From assembly GCA_048013815.1 (NCBI GenBank), contig CM106585.1:12152001-12216000 (forward strand): 64,000 nucleotides of DNA, written 5' to 3'. Made by a program: the position numbers and the translations under genes. The stretch is from Setoptus koraiensis. Lineage: Eukaryota; Animalia; Arthropoda. The notes under the pieces were generated by a model that was not told where the DNA came from, made no database searches, and saw only the letters and a list, made by a program, of their open reading frames with translations. Positions 24,034 through 35,489 of the stretch are shown here, piece by piece. Each line of letters opens with the position of its first letter. Within the stretch, counting starts at the first letter, position 1.

Positions 24034-24318
24034 ATGCAGATAGAAGACGAACAATTGATTGTATTGTCCGTGAAGGAGCTGAACCGACACCTAAAGTTGT
24101 CAAAGATGACCAAGCAACAGGTACTTAGCATGAAACAGCGAAGGCGAACCCTGAAAAATAGAGGATACGCTGCTTGTTGCAGAAACAAGCGCTTCGAGCT
24201 CAAAAGTGACCTGGAGAATCAACGCCAACAGGAGCAAGATGCCATAAAGCAACTAGAAGCCGAAATCGAATACTACAGAAGAGAATTAAGTGCATTCAGA
24301 GATATAAGAGAAAATTAA
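24034..24318 (+). CDS. Small Maf bZIP transcription factor (MafK/Maf-S-like), about 94 aa
   Basis: Maf extended homology region IEDEQLIVLSVKELNRHL, basic region KQRRRTLKNRGYAACCRNKR and a zipper. First ATG is at 24034 (24004 is TTG). Confidence 0.85.
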   Translation: MQIEDEQLIVLSVKELNRHLKLSKMTKQQVLSMKQRRRTLKNRGYAACCRNKRFELKSDLENQRQQEQDAIKQLEAEIEYYRRELSAFRDIREN

Positions 24319-24356
24319 CAAAGACACAAGCTAATCAGTTAAAAGAAAGTAAACCA

Positions 24357-27053
24357 TTATAACCAATTGTTATTTAAGATTTCTTCTGCCGCTGCTGTCG
24401 CGGATCTAGTTCTCAGTTCCTTCCTATCCCTTCTGTTCCTTGCTTTTTTCCGTCGTCGATCAATTTGTGCTACTTCAGCCTTTATAGATATATAAGTTTG
24501 TCGGAGAGCGTGCAATCGCTCGAGTAAGATGGAGATCTTTTTATCACAGTCAACCTCATCGATGGGCTCGCAGAATTTGTAAGTGTTGGGTGGATCGCTT
24601 ATCGGCACGTGGGCAGGTACTGAATTTTCCTCTATTTCGGAAACATCCATGTTAGTTTCATCGGGAACATGCACTGGCGTAACATGGGGTTCTTCAATTG
24701 GTCGATTTTCGGTCTCTTGCGTGGGCGAAACATCTGGCTTTTGCGTTGGCGAAATTTCTGCTTCCTGAATTGGCGTATCATCAGTCTTTTGCAGCGGTGA
24801 AACCTCAGGTTCCTTCATCGGTGTATCATCAGTCTCTTGCAAGGGTGAGGCCTCAGGTTCCTGCATTGGTGTATCATCATCAGTCTCCTTCAATGGAGTA
24901 ACATCGACTTCTTGTTTCGATCTGGTATCGATCTCCTCCGGGGCTGGAACATCGGTTGTGTCCATTGGTATAACATCAACTTCTTGAGGGGGTGTTTCTT
25001 CTTTGGGCTCTTCACATTCTTTGATCTTAGATTTGATCCTTGAGGATCCCCTAGTATATTCAGGGGTATGCGTGCTTTGCCGCCCCTTCCTTCTGCCTCG
25101 TTTTCCTGAGAATTGAGAAGGCGAGTCAACAGAGATTGAGTTCTTGGCAGTTGAGTCATCGGTTTCCTGAATTGATTTGACATTAGGTTCTTGCACTGGC
25201 GAAACATCAGGTTCCTGTATAGGCGTGACATCAATCTCTTTCAACGGAGTTACTTGGACTTCTTGTTTTGGTGTCGTTTCAATCTCTTCCGGGGTTGGAA
25301 CATCGGTTGTGTCCATTGGTGTAACATTGGTTTCTTGCGAGGGCGTTTCTTCCATCTGGGAGGCTACGGATTCTTTATATTTTGATTTAATTCTTGAGGA
25401 TCCTCTGGTATATCCAGGTGTGAGCGTGCTTTGTCGTCCTTTCCTTCTGCCTCTTTTGCCTGTGAATTGAGAAGGCGATTCAACAGAGTTCGAGTTCTTG
25501 GCAGTTGAGTCATCGATTTGTTGCATTGGTTTGACATCGGTTTCTTGTACTGGTGAAACATCAGGTTCCTGTATTGGTGTAACTTCAATCTCTTGCAATG
25601 GGGTGACATCGATCTCTTGTTTTGGTTTGACATCGACGGTTTCTTCAATGGTTTGTTGATCATTTGCTAGGGCGTCTAGTGGTATACCTTTATTTCCTAC
25701 ATTCCCTTTACGTCTTCTGGAAGAATCATCTCTCACAATTGAAACAATGCGACTCCTAGTTATCCATTCGTCATAACGATTGTTCCAACCAGTATAATGA
25801 ACATAATAGCGAGGTTTACCAGGCGTTGCAACATCCATTTTATTAACTTTGGCTTCGTAGACTTTTAATAGTTTTCCTTTGCCATATTTAACCCTCAGTC
25901 TAACCCCTATCTCTATTGTCTCGTACCTAATGTTTGTTTTTGCTTCTAATTCACCAGTTTGATCGCTGACATTGGAGCTAACATCGTCATCTGCATTTTC
26001 GACAAATTTTGGTTTGGTCATTTCTTTAGTTGACTCTCGGCGCCTCCTACCCTTTAGGTCCCTCCATTTGTTTACATCTGAGATGGCGGTTTGATTATTG
26101 GTTGGAGATGGAATTGCATGAGATTCATTTAGTGAGACAGTATTGCTTGTATTGTCTTGTGCTACCATGCTAGATTTGGATGATGTATTATTACTAAAAT
26201 CATTATTTTCATCAGCATCATCGCTGTTATTCGTTGTAGATGATCCAGAGTCGTCCTCTCTGACTTCGTCTGCAACTGCTAAGCTGGATATTTGCGAAAC
26301 ATCATTTGATGTATGTCCTGCTTGTTGTTGAATTGGTGCGGTGGGGTTACTACTACTGCTACTACTACCATTATTATTATTGTTATTATTATTGTAAGGT
26401 GAATTAGTCGTATCAGGTGAATAAGTAGTGTTGCTAGTGGCTGGTGTTTGTATGGTAGTAGTATTAGTAGTAGTTGTGTGATTGGGATTCTCTGAGTTGA
26501 TATTGTTTGAAGTTGAATTGTTTGAATTGGTAGAATTAGATGCGTAATAGCTGTGAGCCACCCTAGGCCCAAGACTAGCTGCTCCACTACCTACTTTAAC
26601 TGGGTTACCAAAGTGTTCTGGATTTGTCAATGGTAATTGATCTAATGTCTCAGATTCGGCAAAATGTTTACCACTTTTCAAACATAATGAATTTCGTCTT
26701 AGTACACATTGGTCGCCATCATCAAATATGACAGTATAACGACTGTAGTCTGTTATTTTAGTTATAGTTGCTTGTATATAGGCTTGACCTTTGTCCGGAT
26801 GTCTTGCCTCAACTAGAGTCCCATTTTTGATGAGATAACCAGCTTTGAGATCAGCATCATCTATAGAATGTGGACTATTGCTACCCTTAAATAGGACTCT
26901 TAATTTGACATGTCTATCAACTTGTGCTATTTTGGCTTCACAAAAGGCTCCCTTGTATTTGGCACTAACGTCTGTGCCAACAGTCAAATATGGAGGCTCC
27001 TCTACCACGGGTATAGCCTTTTTAGTTGATGAATAATAAGGCATTTTCTTCAT
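24357..27053 (-). CDS. ARID4: ARID4/RBBP1 (hat-trick)-like chromatin protein, intronless, 898 aa, with no recognisable ARID domain
   Basis: ARID4-type N-terminal Tudor region ([65 protein letters not shown]), chromo-barrel ([16 protein letters not shown]) and C-terminal coil ([25 protein letters not shown]). Confidence 0.88.
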   Translation of the reverse strand: MKKMPYYSSTKKAIPVVEEPPYLTVGTDVSAKYKGAFCEAKIAQVDRHVKLRVLFKGSNSPHSIDDADLKAGYLIKNGTLVEARHPDKGQAYIQATITKITDYSRYTVIFDDGDQCVLRRNSLCLKSGKHFAESETLDQLPLTNPEHFGNPVKVGSGAASLGPRVAHSYYASNSTNSNNSTSNNINSENPNHTTTTNTTTIQTPATSNTTYSPDTTNSPYNNNNNNNNGSSSSSSNPTAPIQQQAGHTSNDVSQISSLAVADEVREDDSGSSTTNNSDDADENNDFSNNTSSKSSMVAQDNTSNTVSLNESHAIPSPTNNQTAISDVNKWRDLKGRRRRESTKEMTKPKFVENADDDVSSNVSDQTGELEAKTNIRYETIEIGVRLRVKYGKGKLLKVYEAKVNKMDVATPGKPRYYVHYTGWNNRYDEWITRSRIVSIVRDDSSRRRKGNVGNKGIPLDALANDQQTIEETVDVKPKQEIDVTPLQEIEVTPIQEPDVSPVQETDVKPMQQIDDSTAKNSNSVESPSQFTGKRGRRKGRQSTLTPGYTRGSSRIKSKYKESVASQMEETPSQETNVTPMDTTDVPTPEEIETTPKQEVQVTPLKEIDVTPIQEPDVSPVQEPNVKSIQETDDSTAKNSISVDSPSQFSGKRGRRKGRQSTHTPEYTRGSSRIKSKIKECEEPKEETPPQEVDVIPMDTTDVPAPEEIDTRSKQEVDVTPLKETDDDTPMQEPEASPLQETDDTPMKEPEVSPLQKTDDTPIQEAEISPTQKPDVSPTQETENRPIEEPHVTPVHVPDETNMDVSEIEENSVPAHVPISDPPNTYKFCEPIDEVDCDKKISILLERLHALRQTYISIKAEVAQIDRRRKKARNRRDRKELRTRSATAAAEEILNNNWL
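24900..25625 (-). repeat. Intragenic tandem duplication with a 354-nt (118-aa) period, built partly from 8-aa QExDV[ST]P units
   Basis: TGAGGATCC occurs at 25041 and 25395, 354 nt apart. The peptide [38 protein letters not shown] is present twice. Confidence 0.9.
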
Positions 27054-27589
27054 TTGTGGTTGAGCAAGTACCAGAATCTGGTATCATTTAGTTATCATAA
27101 TCATAATTCATCAGCATTTAAACAGCGTTAATATGTCGTACAACAATTATTGAATAGAATAATGTTATTATATAATTGATAATTGTCTATTTAGTATTAG
27201 GAGAATTGATTTTGTTGTTGGATCGATCAAAATAATAATAATATTGTTGGTCTCTGTGTGTAGCTGTGTCGTAGCTGTATTATATCGGCAGCTATAATGA
27301 TATAATAATAATAATAATTATAATATACTACAACTAGCAATGATAATAATAATGATTATGATAATGTCTGATGATGATGAGTGGTGATGGTTACTGGTGA
27401 TGGTTACATTGATAAAGATTTTGGTGTTGTTGTCGCTGGTCTAATAATAATAATAATAGTAATAGTATTGGTTATAATAATTGTTATGGGGCTAGTAATA
27501 ATTGTTGTCTATCTATACTGGTGTTTCGTCTAATAATTTTGGTAATCTGGCGACGGCTTTACTTGTAGTTGATGGTACAGAATTATTGT

Positions 27590-27622
<33 letters not shown>

Positions 27623-28653
27623 GGTTGTTGGTGTCGTCGTTGCTGGTAGCAATGGTGATGCTGATGATGGGTAGTAGTCGACCTAGATGCAGAGGTTCTA
27701 AATTTATTAATCGTTTATCTCGGGATTGTAATAATACATTGATGTAGAATATATGTAAAGAATAGAGATAATCATATCAGTATAATGGTAGCCGTATAAA
27801 GAGTGGTGTCTCTCTCGCTCTCTTTCAGTATATCTATCTCCGTCTTCGTCACTGTATCTCTTTCTCTGTCTCTCTCTGTTCCCCTCTCAGTCTTTCTCTC
27901 TCTCTCAATTTCAGTCTGTGTTTTTTCCTATCTCTCATATTGTTGGTTGTTTAATAAGTTGAATCGCGCACAGAAATTCACACACACACACACACACACA
28001 CACGCAGACTGTCTTTAGTCGAGTCTGTCTGCCTGCTTGTGTGTTTGTGTGTACGCTTGATTGTGTTGTAAAAGCCAAATTCAAGCCAACTTTGCGCCAT
28101 CTAGATTTTTATCAAAGAACCTTCTTTTAATGCGCGACTTCTCGTTGTTCGATCAAGGTGCACCACACAAGCCAGCCAACATCCTTAACGCACACACACA
28201 CACACACACACACAACGCTACTGCAGCGTCGTTACACACACTACTGGGGACTGCTTTTCCACCGACTGTTTTTTGGGAGACTGCCGCACACTCGCACTGC
28301 ACTCACTGTTGCGCTGAGGGAGCTGGCCTGTGAGCAAGCCACTGTGACAGTCGGATGAATGCGAATCTCCCCTATTACATCGCCGTAGTCTCCCACGGTT
28401 GCAGCTTGCATATTTCTTACCGCGCCAGTCCTATCCTGCCGCCACTGGCACTCCTGTTCCACACTCCTCGATCGGGAATGCTGTTTTGTGTTCTGTTGGC
28501 ACAGTATTGTTGTCGCGCTGTCGGCAAGCAAGCGTCAACGCTTACGATACATTTTTTCCATTTTAAATTGTAGTATTATTCTACGTAATCATTACACCAT
28601 TATTATCATCACATAATTCCTGCAAATTTATTTATACCTTCACATACAGGAAA

Positions 28654-29211
28654 ATGAGTCTAGCCAAAATAGCCGATACCCTCGGACTCACCGAGTTGAG
28701 CCGGATGAGCAAGCGACAGTGCATCTTCCAGATATTAAACTTCTGCCTCATAATCTCCTCGGCACTTACGATATGGAAGGGCCTCATGCTGGTGACAGGG
28801 TCGGAAAGTCCAATTGTAGTAGTCCTAAGTGGCTCTATGGAGCCAGCATTCCACCGAGGCGATCTATTGTTTCTCACCAACTACCGTGATGACCCTGTCA
28901 GGGTTGGTGATATAGTAGTATTTAAAATTAAAGGAAGAGACATTCCTATAGTACACAGAGTTATTAAATTGCACCAAAAGGAAAACGGAACATACAAGAT
29001 TTTGACGAAAGGAGACAACAACTCAGTAGACGATCGCGGCCTTTATGCTGAAGGCCAACATTGGCTAGAACGCTCGGACATCGTCGGACGAGCACGAGGT
29101 TTTGTACCATATGTCGGCATGATAACTATACTAATGAATGATTACCCGAAACTGAAATACATCGTCCTGGGCTTTTTAGGAGTATTTGTTCTAGTTCACA
29201 AAGAGAGCTAG
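28654..29211 (+). CDS. SEC11: Signal peptidase complex catalytic subunit SEC11, intronless, 185 aa
   Basis: [22 protein letters not shown] (catalytic Ser), PIVHRVIK (catalytic His), [15 protein letters not shown]. Confidence 0.96.
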   Translation: MSLAKIADTLGLTELSRMSKRQCIFQILNFCLIISSALTIWKGLMLVTGSESPIVVVLSGSMEPAFHRGDLLFLTNYRDDPVRVGDIVVFKIKGRDIPIVHRVIKLHQKENGTYKILTKGDNNSVDDRGLYAEGQHWLERSDIVGRARGFVPYVGMITILMNDYPKLKYIVLGFLGVFVLVHKES

Positions 29212-29350
29212 TGACCAAATTAGTGAAATACGAATAATATAAATCAAAACACACAGATATATATATAATGTAATTTTCATTAAAATGTATTTGTATGTAT
29301 GAACTTGAAATACTGTAACATATGTGTAATTATTAATTAATCTGTTATAG

Positions 29351-30412
29351 CTACACTAAATTATATTCCTTTAGGTTGAGCTGTAATATTGTGTCTTTGA
29401 CAGCGGCGAACACAAAACGTATGTTCTCTGTATCTGTTGCACATGTAAAATGTGAGTAAATAATCTTCTCACTGTCTGGATTAAGTTCGACAAACATTTT
29501 AAGAATGAATTCTCTAGCGGATATAGCATCTTTCTTAGGACCAGCATATTCTGGGAAATAGTCGACAAGATGTGAATAGGTAATCTTTTCTTCTAATAAA
29601 TCCTTTTTGTTCAAGAACAAGATTACAGAGGAATTTTGAAACCAAGGATATGTGATAATTGTCTTGAATAATGCTTTAGACTCTTCCATACGATTTTCAT
29701 TATCTGACTCGAATAATATTTGATCATATTCACTTAAGGCGACTAAGAAAATAATAGAGGTTACATTCTCAAAGCAATGTATCCACTTACGTCTTTCCGA
29801 ACGTTGACCTCCTACATCAACCATCCTAAATATGATTGAATCTAAATCAAAAGGGTATTCTATTATACCTGTGGTAGGTACTCTTACTCGTAATATATCT
29901 TGTTGCGTGGGCAAATAATCTGGTGATGCTATTCTATCAAGATCGCTTAAATAATATTTGGCAGAATCAGTTAGCTGGTATTCTCTTCTTCTATCATAAC
30001 ATTCTTGTATTCCTACATCGTCCCATAACGATTTAATGGCCTCAACATAACTATCTCCAAACGTTGTTACAGCTTCATAATCGATACATCTTATTAGTTC
30101 GGCATTAGAAATATTCCTTGAATTTTTAAATTCTAATTTGAGCAAATCCATAGCTTTGATCATGCTTTGCATAGCCATAAATATATTCTGATATACCAAT
30201 TTAATGAAACCGCGTTTATCTTCATCGGAATAACCAGATCCGTGTATAATCCTCATCTGTTTAATAAATGTAGATTTTCCTGATTCCCCAGTACCCAATA
30301 ATAATAGTTTTAATTCTCTCCTGGCATCTCTTTTATCTTTCCTGAGTTGCTTTTCAATCTCCTGATTGATTCTTTTTTGTTCTTTGGCCTCTTCGCTCAA
30401 ACAGCACGCCAT
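29351..30412 (-). CDS. Gnaq: Heterotrimeric G protein alpha-q subunit, intronless, 353 aa
   Basis: The true start MACCLSEE is at 30412; the track's upstream extension is (TA)n/(CA)n repeat. Motifs [32 protein letters not shown]; C-terminus LKEYNLV is Gq-specific. Confidence 0.97.
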   Translation of the reverse strand: MACCLSEEAKEQKRINQEIEKQLRKDKRDARRELKLLLLGTGESGKSTFIKQMRIIHGSGYSDEDKRGFIKLVYQNIFMAMQSMIKAMDLLKLEFKNSRNISNAELIRCIDYEAVTTFGDSYVEAIKSLWDDVGIQECYDRRREYQLTDSAKYYLSDLDRIASPDYLPTQQDILRVRVPTTGIIEYPFDLDSIIFRMVDVGGQRSERRKWIHCFENVTSIIFLVALSEYDQILFESDNENRMEESKALFKTIITYPWFQNSSVILFLNKKDLLEEKITYSHLVDYFPEYAGPKKDAISAREFILKMFVELNPDSEKIIYSHFTCATDTENIRFVFAAVKDTILQLNLKEYNLV

Positions 30413-30419
30413 TTTGGAT

Positions 30420-30741
30420 GTGTGGTGTGGTGTGGTGTGATGTGATTTGATGGTGTGTGTGTGTGTGTATATAGATACACAATATATATATATATATATA
30501 TATATATACAAATATATATAAATATATATATATATACACGTATATATATATATAGATATATATATAGTGATGCTGCTGTCGGTTGTGCTGTTGTTGTTGC
30601 GTAAAATAATATTATAGTTAATAGTATATATATATATTTATATATATGCGATATATATACGGTATGTATATATTTATATATAAATGTGTATGTATATGTG
30701 AGTGTGTGTGTGTGTGTATAGATGGATATATATATATATCG

Positions 30742-30772
<31 letters not shown>

Positions 30773-30934
30773 TAAATGGTAAATGTATATATATACGGCG
30801 AATTATTATATAATAACATGTAATAATTTATGTGTGATGCTGGCGACGCGACGATGATGAGAATCCAAGAATGCCTAGCACCACCACTATATAACAAAGT
30901 TGATGGCAGGGGATGGCAGCAGCCAGCAAGAGAG

Positions 30935-30979
<45 letters not shown>

Positions 30980-31030
30980 CACACACACCACATACACACA
31001 AGCACACACACGCACGCACGCACACACGAG
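30420..31030. repeat. Compound (TA)n/(GT)n/(CA)n microsatellite block immediately 5' of the Gnaq CDS
   Basis: Direct reading: TA runs at about 30470-30780 and a CA run at about 30937-31026. Confidence 0.95.
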
Positions 31031-32794
31031 CAGGCAATGAGATGGTGGTGGTGGTAGTAGCAGAAGCAGCAGCACTAGCAATAGCAGTAGTGGTGGTGGT
31101 GGTGTGTGAGTGTGAGAGATGGTGTATAGGGCAGCGCAGTTATAACAGGCAGGCTAACAGGCAGGCTAGCGGCAGGCTGTGGGCAGACAGCAGCGGCAGA
31201 ATGGGGTAGCGAGCAGGCAGTTAGGCAGTTGTGGGCAGTAGCACGGGGAGATGCATGGTATCACAGAGATGACACACATAAAAGCGAACGCACCAACTTA
31301 AATTGTGCTCATTATATGACGCTCAAACAGACACACAGACGCGCGCTGCTTGCGTTTGTGCCATGCAACTGCTGCCAGTGCTACTATGGCCCGATGTTCT
31401 GCACTGCACACAGTATAGGCTGCCAATGAACCAATGAGAGTGGAACGCGCACACACACACACACACACACACACAAGCACACACACACACACAAGCACAC
31501 ACGCACAGCGAACACTAGCATATAGCCAATAGGGGGTGTCTAGTGAAAGATGCGATAAAAGCACTGTCACAGGCCAGTCTCGGCCAGTGCCTTCTCCAAG
31601 GCATGCAAACAGCGGCACAGCGCACACGCGTTTGATGATTTTGTCTTGTGCACACTTTAACACTCACTCACATTGTGTGCTCGTGCGCGCAGTACGTGTA
31701 TCATGTGTTTTCATTGGCTACTTGTTAGCTGTCTGTGCTCTTGCACGGTGCCAGCGCCCATGCAGACGCGCGCCCCACACTATGGGGCCCCATAGCAGCG
31801 TCCCATAACGCACACACTACAGCCCCACTGGCAGCACTCAAGCAGCTATGAGCTATGATATCGGCGCCAGCGGCGTGCTATAAGCCGCGCCACAGCGTCT
31901 ACGTCTGACGATGCACGGCTGTATGCGATGCGTGCCCGATCCGAGCGCTGGACGCACTCGGGTTGGCAGTCTGGCTGGCTGGCAGCAACAGCTACAGACT
32001 GTACACATTAGTGGAGCTATGACAGTTAGTGTGGCCGCTACTTTCTCCGGGTACGCACACATGCACAGTAGGGCACATAACAATAATCTAGAAATAGGGC
32101 CATTCACTCGTGTGTGTGTGTTCTCTAGTTGCGCAAAGATGAAATTACATCTAGGGCGCACAGAGCCCGGGGATCCGCACAAGCTGATGACCCTGTGTCC
32201 GTGTGCGCGCTCGACAAGTAATTGTGTGCACCAGTGTACTAGTGGCCAGGCCCAGTTCAACAGAACAGCTGAGCAGCGCGCGACACATCCCACTTATAAT
32301 GAGCCGCCGAGACCCTATTCACAAGACCGACTAATGTCAGAATCGACTTGTGTTGCATAACGCACACAAACATATTGGCGACATGAGAAAGCCCCGTCGC
32401 CCAGATGGGGTCTTTTCAGGGCGGGTCAGCCGGGTTCGTTGCAACGGGCGGTGAGGGCGTTTTGGGCATTCGGCTGTCGGGCTGTCTAGGCGGAATGGGT
32501 CGGTCGGCAAGCCCGTCGACTATTGTGCAACCGCTTGTAGACAAGTTGGCGCTATTGGGAAAAAGTTGGGCACACGCGCACGATGCAAGCGCGTGTCATG
32601 CGCACTGCGCACACATATGATGTTATGTAATACTAGTATTATATCACTAATAACATCACAAATAACCTTAACATTACATAATGTACATGGCGCTGTATGG
32701 CCAAGAATAAAACACCATCAAGTTTGTCTTTCACTTATATGTATCATCTAAGAAAGAATCGAGATCTGAAATGAATATCCACGCAGACACACAG

Positions 32795-32833
<39 letters not shown>

Positions 32834-33487
32834 AACATGCAGTAGATCTGCCGACAGACGCGCGCACACTCCATCTCTGGCGTCTGGTGCGTTACCGTTG
32901 TACACAATTGCCAATACGATTGCAACAATAACAACAACGACGACGACGACAACACTGACATTACATAACAACTGAAGTTACTACAACATCATGATGTTGC
33001 GCAATACTGGATCAACAATCATGATTCAGCGACGTTCGTATTCATTCGCTATACGCTAATCATTTGTATGTTGGCGTGTCACTGGCTGCGTCTAACATGG
33101 CCACTGTCAGACATCTAGTGCCACTTCTACTACTACTGCCACTACCACCACTACCCTTGCTATCAATACAGCTACTGTTATACTGTCTTGGTGCCTAGAT
33201 GTGCCTGGACCGCTAGATGGTCAGTCGGTGGTGGGGCGTGTAGTTGCACAAGGGGCGCACACACAAGACAACACACTGCTAAACATGTGTGTGCCCTTAT
33301 GTCATCGAGCAGTCAGACAGACACAAACACCGTCAGATGGATGTATGAAGGGAGAAAGGGAGAGATACACAGAGCGAGGGAGGCCCCCTTCCTGGACGTC
33401 CGTTGTTGTGCCGTCGAGCGACTGCTGGTCAGTTAGGTTACATTGGTTGGCGGTGGCTACCGTCTACGGTCCATTTGACTACTTGTG

Positions 33488-33489
<2 letters not shown>

Positions 33490-33531
<42 letters not shown>
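33490..33531. repeat. (CT)n microsatellite
   Basis: Direct reading. Confidence 0.95.
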
Positions 33532-33536
<5 letters not shown>

Positions 33537-34913
33537 GTCTGTTGCGAACAAGTACGTGTAGACACTTGATGGCGTGTTTAATAAAGTTGCACAACATGAT
33601 CGATTGTTTTGTATTGTTTTGTATTAACTAACTGCAATCGCCGTATTTATACGCGCTCGTTTTTCACTCAAGCCACTAATCCCGATAGAGTTCAATCGAG
33701 CCCTTCCCTGGTCGAGATTACAAAACTCCACCAAGATTTACTATGACTCGCTGACAATCGGTAAAATATCAACGGCACGTCCCAGAGATTGTATCGTTTT
33801 TCTCACCTTGCCAATCATGTTAGTGCTCTTATTCGTGACAATTTGTATTGCATGATAAATGGATCTACGAATCAGCTGCAAAGATCCCGCTTCTTCACCA
33901 CGATGCGGCGAACTGCAACGATTTGAGAGTAGTACCACTTAAACCGGTGCTCTGAGGCTCTCAGAGTGAGGGGCCGGTCAACTGAGCGCCGGTCTACAAT
34001 CAGCATTGAGCGCACTTCACCATTTAGACCATGTAGCGCTGGTGTGCTGACGGATAATCAAATCAAGTGACTTAGACAACGCAAACAGAAGGACACAACA
34101 ACTTTGCCGATGACATGTGTATAATGAACTTTTAAACCGGTCAAAATGTTCGCATGTATCGCCTGTGGTCGCGGACATAACAACTTTGACAACTACAACT
34201 TGCATGTGCTTGTGCATTATATCATTGGAGCAAATATCCGAGATAGATGGCTGACAGGCTGGCCAATGGGATGGGGTCATGTGATCACTCTAACCAGATT
34301 GTGCCAGCAAGACAGTTTCTAGTGGTGCAGTGGTGAGCGAGTTGATGAGTTTCGACTAATCGACTAATCAAATAATCAATTTGTTGTATGCAAACTTGGC
34401 AAATTTGAAGCCAGCTCATTGGGGCGGCTCATTTGGTGGCCATCGATAATGATCCTTGGCCAAACTGGACTATTACTTAAGATAATTGTTATCGTTGTGG
34501 CGAGGGCCTGATTTGCCTCTACCAGGGCCAGAACAACAGTGGCAGCAAAAGAAACCATACAGGCATCGTTAAGCTCGATAGAAATAAAGAGAGATCGAAA
34601 CAACAGCTCGGCAACAATGCATGTATCCATCTAACTAGAGATAAAGAGATATTAACGCTTTACTAGATTAGTGGCTGGCGAGTATCGGCGCTGCAGAAGA
34701 GTGTGGGAGGGCAAACAGGGGAGGTAGCGGCCTCAAAGTTTACTAGGTCCGCTCAGAGTTCAAGTCCAATAGCTGATAGCAGTTCTACAAGTTGTCTTAT
34801 TTGTACAATTGTCTAACTGTTTTGCTTCGAAGCTTGCCACCGCCAACAGTTAGGTAAAAGGAAATCCGCTACTACCCACCACTAACCTCACTTGGCTTCC
34901 ACATAGTTAGTTG

Positions 34914-34915
<2 letters not shown>

Positions 34916-34993
<78 letters not shown>

Positions 34994-35001
34994 TGTGTGT
35001 G
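34916..35001. repeat. (GT)n microsatellite, about 85 bp
   Basis: Direct reading. Confidence 0.95.
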
Positions 35002-35457
35002 TCTATGAATTAGGTGCATAAATTTTGGTGCGGGCTCAACAAAAAAAGGGGAAAGAAAGTGCCCTATGGACCCAGGCAGCTCACACAAACACATCTGCGG
35101 AAATTAGGACATTCACAAGCGTCCAGTGCAAGTCTGATTATATCACTGTTGATGTATACATTTTATATATGTATATATATATATATATATATAAATGCCT
35201 CTTCATATATATATATATAGAAAGGAATTTTATTTTCTGTATTACATAACCCTTGTCGAGTCGACCTAGATACACTCGTAGGCAGCGTGAGATTGTGTAG
35301 TGTGCACGCCATGCAGTTTTTGCAGAAACTATACCCACACACTTACACCCCCGCCTAGAATGGTGTGTGTTTGTTGCTGTTGTCAGTCAGATTATTATAT
35401 CAGTACTATGCTATACTAGTGAGAGACAGAGAAAGCGAGGTTAGCTCTATTGTGTCC

Positions 35458-35489
<32 letters not shown>

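Noticed and set aside
27200-27750. AAC/AAT/CAT-rich stretch upstream of ARID4 that looks like coding poly-Asn
   Set aside because: All frames are interrupted by stops and there is no plausible splice link to the ARID4 ORF; probably UTR or intron.
30413-30511. N-terminal extension MYIYIYIY... on the 386-aa G-alpha ORF
   Set aside because: It is translated TA/CA repeat; the conserved Gq start MACCLSEE is at 30412.
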